Assembly (NCBI GenBank): GCA_003516025.1
Contig: CP023991.1
Coordinates: forward strand, 210,001 to 242,000
DNA length: 32,000 nt
Reading direction: 5' to 3'
Source of the DNA: Candidatus Saccharimonadota bacterium
GTDB taxonomy: Bacteria > Patescibacteriota > Saccharimonadia > Saccharimonadales > UBA4665
This document shows, piece by piece, positions 23,285 to 31,049 of this stretch; within the stretch, counting starts at the first letter, position 1; the number at the start of each line of letters is the position of its first letter. The translations under genes were made by a program, and so were the position numbers. The notes beneath the pieces are model-generated. The model searched no databases, was not told the origin of the DNA, and saw only the letters and a program-made list of their open reading frames with translations.

Positions 23285-23647
23285 TTAGTTCCTGTGCAGG
23301 TATACGGCCTGCTGGTAGGCGGCATGAGCATCCAGCTGATCGACAAGCGCTACAGCGACTGCCCGGGAAGCGGCCGCCTGTTGCCCGTGCTGCATGCCGC
23401 TCGTGAGGATGTCTTTGGCGGGAGTGCCCCAACTGCCCAGAGTACTGATAACCGCGTCCGAGCCGGCAACGGCTGCCTGAACCGCGGTCTTGTCATGGAC
23501 GTCACCCTGGCGTACTGAAATACCGTCCTTAAGGGCAAACTGAGGCTGACTATGTACGAATACGGTTACGGTATGTCCTTGCTCAAGTGCGTACGTAAGA
23601 ACTAATTGGCCGACTTTGCCGTTCGCGCCAAAAAGAGTGATATGCAT
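23285..23647 (-). CDS. NAD(P)H-binding (NmrA/atypical SDR-like) protein, internally shortened
   Basis: N-terminal Rossmann FGANGKVG and ...AVISTLG. Only 120 aa, whereas I recall about 200 aa for this family. The C-terminal RAVAVALVDQL resembles the family C-terminus. Confidence 0.6.
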   Translation of the reverse strand: MHITLFGANGKVGQLVLTYALEQGHTVTVFVHSQPQFALKDGISVRQGDVHDKTAVQAAVAGSDAVISTLGSWGTPAKDILTSGMQHGQQAAASRAVAVALVDQLDAHAAYQQAVYLHRN

Positions 23648-23651
23648 ATGA

Positions 23652-24974
23652 TTACAATAGCACTGGCCGGCGACCCACGCTGTAGTAGCTTATTCCGGCT
23701 TTTTGCATTGTTTCCGGCCGGTATATATTCCGGCCGTCAAACACGAGTGGTTGCTGCAGGCCTTCTGCGATAAGGTGTAAGTCTGCTTTTGTGAACTCAG
23801 CCCATTCGGTCGTAACTATAAGAGCGTCGGCATTGTTTAAGGCGGCGTACTTTTCACCAGAAATGGAGACTTTTTCCTGGCTTTTATATAACCGGCGTAC
23901 ATTATCGGCGGCTTCAGGGTCGTACGCCACCACGCCCGCGCCAGCCGCTATAAGCGCGTCAATGATGATCAGTGCCGGGGCTTCCCGGATATCATCGGTG
24001 TTGGGCTTGAAAGCCAGTCCCCATACGGCAAAAGTTTTACCAACTATGTCTCCACTAAAGTGATCGATAATACGGCTAACCATCATGTTTTGTTGTTGGC
24101 GGTTAACGTCCATGGCGGCTTTAAGCAACTTAAAATCGTAGCCTTCGTGGTCGGACATGTGTATTAGTGCCCGGACGTCTTTAGGGAAGCAGCTGCCGCC
24201 GTACCCGATGCCGGGATACAGGAACTTGTGGCCGATGCGGCTATCATAACCAATGGCCTGCCTGAGCATGTCGACATCGGCGCCAACCCGCTCGCACATC
24301 TGAGCAATCTCGTTCATAAAGCTTATTTTGGTAACCAGAAAACTGTTGGCGGCGTATTTTGCCAGTTCCGCGGTAGCCGTATCCATGACCAGCAGGGGGC
24401 GGTCATCGCTTACGAACGCGGCATATAGCTCACGCATCACAGCTTCGGCCCGCTTGCTGGTTACGCCTATAACAACGCGCTCCGGCCGCATGAAGTCCTG
24501 TACCGCGAGGCCTTCGCGCAAAAATTCAGGATTGGAAACGACATCAAAATCCGTGGTGGCATGCTCCGCGACGGCAGCGCGCACTTTTTCAGCAGTACCA
24601 ACGGGAACGGTACTTTTATCAATAATGACGCAGTAATTGTCTGGTAGGTGTTCGCCAAGCTGAGAGGCCACCGAAAGCACTGCGCTGAGATCGGCCGACC
24701 CGTCTTCCTGTGGCGGCGTCGGCAGTGCTAAAAATACCGCTTCCGCTTGGTGAACTCCGGCCGCCGTGTCGGTCGTGAAGGTCAACCGTCCGTTACTGAT
24801 GTTGTTGGTTAGATAGTCGGCAAGACCTGGCTCGTAAATAGGGACTATGCCGTTCTGTAAGTCGGTTACTTTCTGCTCGTTATTATCGACGCAAACCACA
24901 GTGTGTCCGGCTTCCGCTAAACAACAGCCGGTAACGAGACCAACATACCCGGTGCCAATAACTGTTACACGCAT
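23652..24974 (-). CDS. ugd: UDP-glucose 6-dehydrogenase
   Basis: 440 aa. VIGTGYVGL Rossmann motif and catalytic GGSCFPKD motif. Confidence 0.92.
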   Translation of the reverse strand: MRVTVIGTGYVGLVTGCCLAEAGHTVVCVDNNEQKVTDLQNGIVPIYEPGLADYLTNNISNGRLTFTTDTAAGVHQAEAVFLALPTPPQEDGSADLSAVLSVASQLGEHLPDNYCVIIDKSTVPVGTAEKVRAAVAEHATTDFDVVSNPEFLREGLAVQDFMRPERVVIGVTSKRAEAVMRELYAAFVSDDRPLLVMDTATAELAKYAANSFLVTKISFMNEIAQMCERVGADVDMLRQAIGYDSRIGHKFLYPGIGYGGSCFPKDVRALIHMSDHEGYDFKLLKAAMDVNRQQQNMMVSRIIDHFSGDIVGKTFAVWGLAFKPNTDDIREAPALIIIDALIAAGAGVVAYDPEAADNVRRLYKSQEKVSISGEKYAALNNADALIVTTEWAEFTKADLHLIAEGLQQPLVFDGRNIYRPETMQKAGISYYSVGRRPVLL

Positions 24975-25004
24975 AGAAGTATATTATACCGCCAACCCTA
25001 AACT

Positions 25005-25814
25005 TTACTGAGATTTACGCGCAAATAACCACACGGCAGTAGGCATGGCGACTGCCAAAATACCGAGCGACCAGATGACGGCCATCCAACCATGGTTGCC
25101 GATTGGCGTGCCCAGGATTAGAGCTCGGACAGCGTCAATGACTTGCGTGATGGGCTGATTAACCGCGAAGGAGCGTAACCCGGCCGGCATAGTGACAGGA
25201 TCTACGAAGGCGCTACTGGCGAAAGTCAGCGGGAAAATAATGATGAATGTCAGCCACTGGACGGCTTCGACGCTTTTAGCGATAACGCCTACGATAGCGG
25301 CGAGCCAGGAAAACGCCACGGTAAAGAGGGCAATGATGCCGATAATCGCCAGCCAGTCAAAAAAGCTGGTGCCATGGGTGCGAAATCCAATAATAAAACC
25401 GGCGATCAACATAACTACAGTTGAAATACCGTTCCTGAACAAATCAGAGATGACGTGGCCGTTTAATACGGCCAAATTGCTCATAGGCAGCGAGCGGAAG
25501 CGGTCAATGATGCCTTTTTGTAGGTCATTGCAGATAGCAATGGCAGTTGTGGTCGATCCGAAGGCAACCGTCTGGATAATAATGCCCGCCATCAGGTAGT
25601 CGAGATATTTGACCCCGGGAGGCAGTGACATCCCTATAGCGCCACCAAAAACGGCCGCAAACAGTACCAGGAACATGATCGGCTGAAAGAAGGTGCCAAG
25701 CAGCTGGTCGGTGTTCCGGATAATGTGAGTCGTACTGCGCCGGATCATAATTAACGAATCAGTTACGGCGCTCATTAACTTAGAACGCTTTTGAAATACT
25801 AATTCTACAGCCAT
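25005..25814 (-). CDS. ABC-2 type transporter permease
   Basis: 269 aa with six TM segments. The start lies 2 nt after the ATPase stop codon. Confidence 0.8.
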   Translation of the reverse strand: MAVELVFQKRSKLMSAVTDSLIMIRRSTTHIIRNTDQLLGTFFQPIMFLVLFAAVFGGAIGMSLPPGVKYLDYLMAGIIIQTVAFGSTTTAIAICNDLQKGIIDRFRSLPMSNLAVLNGHVISDLFRNGISTVVMLIAGFIIGFRTHGTSFFDWLAIIGIIALFTVAFSWLAAIVGVIAKSVEAVQWLTFIIIFPLTFASSAFVDPVTMPAGLRSFAVNQPITQVIDAVRALILGTPIGNHGWMAVIWSLGILAVAMPTAVWLFARKSQ

Positions 25815-25816
25815 GG

Positions 25817-26788
25817 TTACGCTTCCTCGCTTTCTTCTGTTTCATCGGACTGTTTTTGTTTGCCGGTTAAAGACAGGAACACGTCGTCGAGCGTTGGTTT
25901 ATGTACGGCCATTGACTGTAAATCGACCTTCTTGTCGGCCAGGGCGTCGAGTACCCGCCGCACATCTTTATTTGTATCGTTAATAACGAGCGACAGGGAT
26001 TGGTCTTTGTCGCTGGTTTCCACGACGTCTTTACTGAGGACTTTTACGGCGGCCTTTTGGTCTTTGCCGGATCCAAATACCAGTTCCAAACGGTCTTTGC
26101 CGACTTTCGCCTTAAGTTCCTTGGCTGTGCCTTTGGCGATAACCTTGCCGCCATCAATGACCACGATCTGGTCCGCTAACTGGTCAGCCTCTTCGAGGTA
26201 TTGGGTAGTCAGCAGTATGGTCGTACCGCTTCGCATCAGTTTTTTAATAATTTCCCACATGCCGAGGCGCGAGCGCGGATCAAGTCCGGTGGTTGGTTCG
26301 TCGAGGAAAATGATAGGCGGGGCGGCGATAAGGCTTACGGCCAGGTCAAGCCGCCGGCGCATACCGCCGGAGTAGGTTTTTACTGGACGGCCAGCTGCTT
26401 TCACCAGATCGAATTCTTCCAAAAGTTCCTGGGCGCGGGCTGTAGCACTTTCTTTTGTTAAGCGGTACAGGCGGCCCATCATAATGAGGTTTTCGCGGCC
26501 GGTTAGCAGCTCATCGACGGCTGCCGACTGCCCGGTGAGGCCGATTACAGAGCGGACTTTGTCGGCGTCTTTAGCGACGTCGTAACCATTGACTGTAACT
26601 TGGCCGTCATCAAACTTCAAAAGCGTACTCAGAATGCGGACCGTAGTGGTTTTGCCAGCGCCATTCGGGCCTAACAGGGCGAGCATACTGCCTTTTTTAA
26701 CATCGAGATCAATACCGGTTAAAACTTCGGTCTTGCCGTATGATTTTGTAAGTCCGCGAACTTTAATGGCGATGTCTGCTGCTGGCAC
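25817..26788 (-). CDS. ABC transporter ATP-binding protein (DrrA-like)
   Basis: Walker A GPNGAGKTT, signature YSGGMRRRL, Walker B IIFLDEPTTGLD. GTG start preceded by AAGGAAA. Confidence 0.9.
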   Translation of the reverse strand: MPAADIAIKVRGLTKSYGKTEVLTGIDLDVKKGSMLALLGPNGAGKTTTVRILSTLLKFDDGQVTVNGYDVAKDADKVRSVIGLTGQSAAVDELLTGRENLIMMGRLYRLTKESATARAQELLEEFDLVKAAGRPVKTYSGGMRRRLDLAVSLIAAPPIIFLDEPTTGLDPRSRLGMWEIIKKLMRSGTTILLTTQYLEEADQLADQIVVIDGGKVIAKGTAKELKAKVGKDRLELVFGSGKDQKAAVKVLSKDVVETSDKDQSLSLVINDTNKDVRRVLDALADKKVDLQSMAVHKPTLDDVFLSLTGKQKQSDETEESEEA

Positions 26789-26851
26789 AATTATTTCCTT
26801 GACTTGTTAGTTAGGTTGATTATACAACACTACCGTGCCGCTATATAACAA

Positions 26852-26870
26852 GAAGGCCATAACGGCCTTC
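26852..26870 (-). terminator. hairpin downstream of tRNA-Arg(TCG)
   Basis: gaaggcc-ataac-ggccttc. The T-tract on the minus strand is weak (ttgtt). Confidence 0.45.
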
Positions 26871-26887
26871 AGGAATATTCGTATATG

Positions 26888-26964
26888 TGGTGCGCCCGGC
26901 AGGATTCGAACCTACGACCCCTTGGTTCGAAGCCAAGTACTCTATCCAGCTGAGCTACGGGCGC
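26888..26964 (-). tRNA. tRNA-Arg (anticodon TCG)
   Basis: 77-nt cloverleaf. Loop CTTCGAA, T-loop TTCGAAT, encoded CCA. Confidence 0.9.
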
Positions 26965-27078
26965 GTCGTTTAATCAGTCTTTCAGGGACTTATCATAACA
27001 GATGAGTTAAGTTTTTGACAGCTCGCCTGAGCCGTGTTGATTATCATAATTGCATAACAAATTTTATAAGGAGCACCT

Positions 27079-27414
27079 ATGGCCGACACTACCGCACCCG
27101 ATGATGACATTTACGACGATCCCGATACTATTGGCAATACGGATGATACTGTCAGCGGCCAACCCGACAATCTGCCTCCAGCCGAAGCCGGCGACCAGAG
27201 CCAGTCAATATACAATCCGGAAAAGAACACGACCGAACTTGATGATCGTGGCGCTATCGATGAACTAGAAGTCACCGACCGCCATGATACCAGTGACGCC
27301 GACAGTACGGTCGACGAAGCGCTGCTGGATGACGGTCCTTCCAGTTTTGACGGCGACAGCTACCATGTGAACGATGAAGAAACCAAAGACGAGCAGGACG
27401 GTACCGAAGAATAA
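27079..27414 (+). CDS. 111-aa highly acidic, low-complexity (D/E/T-rich) protein
   Basis: AAGGAG RBS 5 nt upstream of the ATG. A strong terminator follows immediately. Confidence 0.65.
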   Translation: MADTTAPDDDIYDDPDTIGNTDDTVSGQPDNLPPAEAGDQSQSIYNPEKNTTELDDRGAIDELEVTDRHDTSDADSTVDEALLDDGPSSFDGDSYHVNDEETKDEQDGTEE

Positions 27415-27417
27415 AAA

Positions 27418-27440
27418 AGAGAGCTTCGGCTCTCTTTTTT
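27418..27440. terminator. bidirectional rho-independent terminator
   Basis: agagagc-ttcg-gctctct flanked by an A-run and a T-run, between convergent genes. Confidence 0.8.
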
Positions 27441-27453
27441 GACTCTCGCAATG

Positions 27454-28086
27454 CTACATTAGCTCTGACAATTTGTCGGTATGTACCACGAATTGCCACT
27501 TATCGTAGTAGACGTAGCCTTTGTCTTTGAGTTTTTTGAGTTCGGTAGCGACCGTTTCGCGGGTAAGACCGAGCAAATTAGCAATATCCTGCTGGGTGAG
27601 CGGCACGGTAATCTGTGACTTGTCGCCCTCGGCGTTTTCATTACCGAAGCGTTTGGCGAGAATGTTTAACATATATATAATTTTTTCGCTGGCTTTCGGC
27701 TTTTCGGTGGCTGTTAGCTTTTCGGTGAGTTCAGAAAGTTTCGAAGCGATGTCTTTGGCGACGTGCAGTAATACGTCCGGGTTAGTCGTAAAAAATTCGA
27801 TCAGTTCTTGGCGGTTGACTACGTACACTTCAAGTTCAGTGAAAGCGCTATAAAACAGCAGTGTACTGTCCACGACGTCAAACAGCCATTCGTAGGGGAT
27901 AATGTCGCCCTTGGCGCCGAGCCAAATGTGCTGCTCGATGCCGTCGATATTGATGTCGTAACCCTTAATAAAACCTTTTTTAACATAGAAAATATCGCGT
28001 GGACGTTCGTCCTGCACGAGAAGTAACTGGTCTTTATCAAATTTGCGGAGGGGGTAGCGTTCTATGAACTCGTCAAGTTTCTGCAT
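27454..28086 (-). CDS. Crp/Fnr family transcriptional regulator
   Basis: 210 aa. N-terminal cNMP-binding-like beta-barrel and C-terminal HTH (LTQQDIANLLGLTRETVATELKKL). TACAAT lies 9 nt upstream of the ATG. Confidence 0.85.
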   Translation of the reverse strand: MQKLDEFIERYPLRKFDKDQLLLVQDERPRDIFYVKKGFIKGYDINIDGIEQHIWLGAKGDIIPYEWLFDVVDSTLLFYSAFTELEVYVVNRQELIEFFTTNPDVLLHVAKDIASKLSELTEKLTATEKPKASEKIIYMLNILAKRFGNENAEGDKSQITVPLTQQDIANLLGLTRETVATELKKLKDKGYVYYDKWQFVVHTDKLSELM

Positions 28087-28151
28087 ATGCTGCTTATTGT
28101 ACCCCTGTTGTGTTCCAAAAGAAAGCTTATATTGTATAACAAGTTAAGAAA

Positions 28152-28174
28152 AAGGAGCCTGCTATAGGCTCCTT
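28152..28174 (-). terminator. rho-independent terminator of the 49-aa ORF
   Basis: aaggagcc / ggctcctt stem with a 7-nt loop, followed by tttttctt on the minus strand. Confidence 0.65.
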
Positions 28175-28194
28175 GAGAGAAAAACAGTCAAAGG

Positions 28195-28344
28195 TTAAGA
28201 TTCCTGGTGTCGAAGTCTGCGATACGAACGGATCCGGGATTTTTCGGTGCGTTCCTGCCACCGGGTATCGATACCATCGTCAAGATCATCAAAATTGATG
28301 TCCTGTACTCGTGTTGGTTTCGTGAGTAGATGCGTCTTCTTCAC
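28195..28344 (-). CDS. 49-aa basic hypothetical small protein (not in the ORF track)
   Basis: AAAGGAGAA is followed by 4 nt and then a GTG start. Sequence MKKTHLLTKPTRVQDINFDDLDDGIDTRWQERTEKSRIRSYRRLRHQES. It has its own terminator. Confidence 0.5.
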   Translation of the reverse strand: MKKTHLLTKPTRVQDINFDDLDDGIDTRWQERTEKSRIRSYRRLRHQES

Positions 28345-28657
28345 GGAATTCTCCTTTTGCTTATGTTTTTGGTATTCCTATATTCCCACGACCAGCTAGC
28401 GCGCTGTGTGAAAATTTGTACATTATGCTTGTGATTAATGTCTCATTTGACATGTTTTACGGCGCTAAGCTGGCTATTACACACAATATGTGGTACAGTT
28501 AAAGAGCTAGAAAAAGCTGCTAAGTGTATTCGCGATAAACGAAGAGTTCTAGGTCACATTAATATTATCGTTTCCCGTATTGAGAGCAGCTAACTGTGTG
28601 TACGTCTATTTAGAGGGTTGCCAGGTTACTCAAGAGAGAACAGAAGAAGGAAGTAAA

Positions 28658-29017
28658 ATGGCAACTAAATTATTTGTAGGCTCATTACCTTATTCAATGA
28701 CAGACGACGATCTCGCCGATCTGTTTAAAGAATTTGGTGAAGTCGCAAGCGCAAAGGTTATCTTTGATCGCGAAACTAACCGCTCTAAGGGCTTTGGCTT
28801 TGTTGAGTTCGAAGATGACGCTGCTGCAAAGAGCGCTATCGACAAGCTGAACAACAGCGACATCCAGGGCCGCAGCATCGTTGTTAACGAAGCTCGTCCA
28901 CAAGAAGCTCGTCCTCGCCGTGAATTCGGTGGTGGTGATCGTGGCGGTAATGGCGGCGGTTACCGTGGTGGTAACGGCGGCGGCAACGGTGGCGGTTACA
29001 ACCGCAACCAGTTCTAA
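28658..29017 (+). CDS. glycine-rich RNA-binding protein (single RRM)
   Basis: RNP2 LFVGSL, RNP1 KGFGFVEF, C-terminal GGN/GGY repeats. The ATG at 28658 follows GAAGGAAG. Confidence 0.9.
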   Translation: MATKLFVGSLPYSMTDDDLADLFKEFGEVASAKVIFDRETNRSKGFGFVEFEDDAAAKSAIDKLNNSDIQGRSIVVNEARPQEARPRREFGGGDRGGNGGGYRGGNGGGNGGGYNRNQF

Positions 29018-29038
29018 TTAGAACAAGCCAAATTAAAA

Positions 29039-29068
29039 GAACCCCTCATTGCGAGGGGTTCTTTTTTT
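29039..29068 (+). terminator. rho-independent terminator
   Basis: gaacccctc-attgc-gaggggttc followed by TTTTTTT. Confidence 0.85.
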
Positions 29069-29082
29069 ATATATGAATTTGA

Positions 29083-29556
29083 CTAACAGCCTTTTTCGGA
29101 CATGAGATAGTCTAAACGACGCTGGGCCTTTGATCGGCGAATCTGATAGGGCAAATTTACTATAGCCCGCTCTATTTCGTCGGCCCGGTCAGGCGTAAAT
29201 CGCATACCTAAATAAGCAATCTCTCCAAGACGTTGTCCGCTAATCTTTTGAGCGTGGAATAACTCGCCGGTAGATAACCCGCTTACTAGCCCATCGACAG
29301 ATATAAGTGAGTAATCACCTAGCGTACGAACAGTGTAGCGCCCGCCTCTATGCACGGAGTCCACCTGTCCATGCTGGTCTAAGTGTACTCCCCGGTTTCT
29401 TATTAGCGAGCTCCACAAACCGGCTATAGCCATAGCCGGGACATGCTGGTTTTCAAGCGCATCAGACATAGTTTCGCGGCTGATGAAAACCTCTGTTTCG
29501 CTAGCCGGAGGTAGTAACGGCAATACGAGCTCTCTATTGGGAAAATGCGGAATCAT
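29083..29556 (-). CDS. hypothetical protein
   Basis: 157-aa ORF lying 36 bp downstream of the helicase gene on the same strand. No family recognised. Confidence 0.55.
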   Translation of the reverse strand: MIPHFPNRELVLPLLPPASETEVFISRETMSDALENQHVPAMAIAGLWSSLIRNRGVHLDQHGQVDSVHRGGRYTVRTLGDYSLISVDGLVSGLSTGELFHAQKISGQRLGEIAYLGMRFTPDRADEIERAIVNLPYQIRRSKAQRRLDYLMSEKGC

Positions 29557-29592
29557 GATGGAGTAGCGTCTTGAATTATTAGAATCGCAGTA

Positions 29593-30846
29593 TTAGTCGA
29601 CAAACGTCAGTGCGAAACCGGTGCGTCCAGCACGTCCAGCGCGGCCGATGCGGTGTACGTAGTCGTCGTACGTCTGTGGCGTGGTGTAGTTAATGACATG
29701 GGTGATGTCGGCTACATCGATACCACGAGCGGCAACATCGGTTGCGACCAAAACGTTCAATTTGCTTTCTTTGAACTGTTTCAGGGCGCGGGTGCGCTGG
29801 CCTTGAGTCTTACCGCCGTGGATTGAATCAACTTTAAAGCCGCGTTCTTGCAGCTCTTTCGCTAAGCGTTCAACGCTGCGCTGCGTTTCATCGAAAACCA
29901 GTGTTTTGCCGGTAGCTTCGTGGTTAAGAATCTCATGCAGTTTCTCAATTTTTTCAGCAGAACCGCTGGCGCGTACAATGTTTTGCTCGACGTTTTCACT
30001 GGTTTCGCCAGTTTTGACAGAAACAACTACAGGTTCACTGAGGAACGTATTGATGAGCTCGCGGATACTTGGTTCCAGAGTTGCCGAGAAGAAGAACGAC
30101 TGGCGTTCCGCCGCCAGATTATCCAGAATGAAACGGATATCGTTGATGAAACCCATGTCCAACATGCGGTCAACCTCGTCGAGGGTAATCATGTTGAATG
30201 TAGAGAGGTCCAAAGAACCGCGTTCAATGTGATCTTTAATACGTCCTGGCGTACCAATAACGATAGAAGGAAGATCTTTGAGGTCGCGGAGCTGATCACG
30301 CATGTTCGAGCCACCGATGAGGACGGCACGGAATAAACCGGAACCCTTGGCAATAGAACGAAGTTCTTCTTCGATTTGCTGGGCGAGTTCGCGGGTTGGC
30401 GCGATGATTAAGGCGCGAGCAAACGGTTCATTGAGCAAGCGGTGCAGGATCGGCAGTGAAAATGCCGCGGTTTTACCGGTACCGGTATTGGCGATACCAA
30501 CGACGTCTTTACCGATGAGCGCATGAGGAATCGCCTGGTCCTGAATTGGTGAAGGATTTATGTAACCCTTCTCGATAATGTTCTGCTTGAGAAGTGGATG
30601 AATGTCGAAATCCGCAAAAGTATGAACTGGAACGTATTCCGGGACTTCAGTTGTTACCACGGCTCGCTTAATGAAGCGCGAAGGGTCAATGTACTGCTTG
30701 CTGAACTTAGGCTTGCGGCTACCGCCGCGTCCTGAGCTGAATCCGCGGCTACCGCTACGGTCGAATTGACCGCCACCACGGCTTGAAGAACCACCTGAAC
30801 GGCTGTAATTATTACCGCTACTGCGGCGTTGAGATGAATATGGCAT
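29593..30846 (-). CDS. DEAD-box ATP-dependent RNA helicase with an N-terminal RGG/Ser-rich tail
   Basis: Q-motif region, motif I ANTGTGKT, motif II DEVD, SAT, motif VI HRIGRAGRAG. The ATG at 30846 is preferred over the TTG at 30891. Confidence 0.9.
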   Translation of the reverse strand: MPYSSQRRSSGNNYSRSGGSSSRGGGQFDRSGSRGFSSGRGGSRKPKFSKQYIDPSRFIKRAVVTTEVPEYVPVHTFADFDIHPLLKQNIIEKGYINPSPIQDQAIPHALIGKDVVGIANTGTGKTAAFSLPILHRLLNEPFARALIIAPTRELAQQIEEELRSIAKGSGLFRAVLIGGSNMRDQLRDLKDLPSIVIGTPGRIKDHIERGSLDLSTFNMITLDEVDRMLDMGFINDIRFILDNLAAERQSFFFSATLEPSIRELINTFLSEPVVVSVKTGETSENVEQNIVRASGSAEKIEKLHEILNHEATGKTLVFDETQRSVERLAKELQERGFKVDSIHGGKTQGQRTRALKQFKESKLNVLVATDVAARGIDVADITHVINYTTPQTYDDYVHRIGRAGRAGRTGFALTFVD

Positions 30847-30910
30847 AAAAATAGAATCCTTATGTGTATTAAAGGCGTTTTCGCGCAGCAAGAGCCGGCT
30901 TTTTGCCCAA

Positions 30911-30949
30911 TTTGATTAATCGATTGCTGGACAAAATCGAGTAATCAAA
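30911..30949. repeat. 15-bp inverted repeat (14/15) with a 9-nt spacer in the helicase leader
   Basis: tttgattaatcgatt (30911-30925) versus aatcgagtaatcaaa (30935-30949). Confidence 0.6.
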
Positions 30950-30985
30950 CTTACGTACACCCGGATTCGTCAAAACAATACTTTT

Positions 30986-31014
30986 ATTGTAGCACAAAAT
31001 ACATTATATGCCAA
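30986..31014 (-). promoter_or_regulatory. sigma70-type promoter of the DEAD-box helicase gene
   Basis: TTGGCA (31014-31009), 17-nt spacer, TACAAT (30991-30986) on the minus strand. This implies a leader of about 135 nt. Confidence 0.6.
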
Positions 31015-31049
31015 TCCCCTTGTTACAGAGTCCCTGCTATAGTGCTTAT

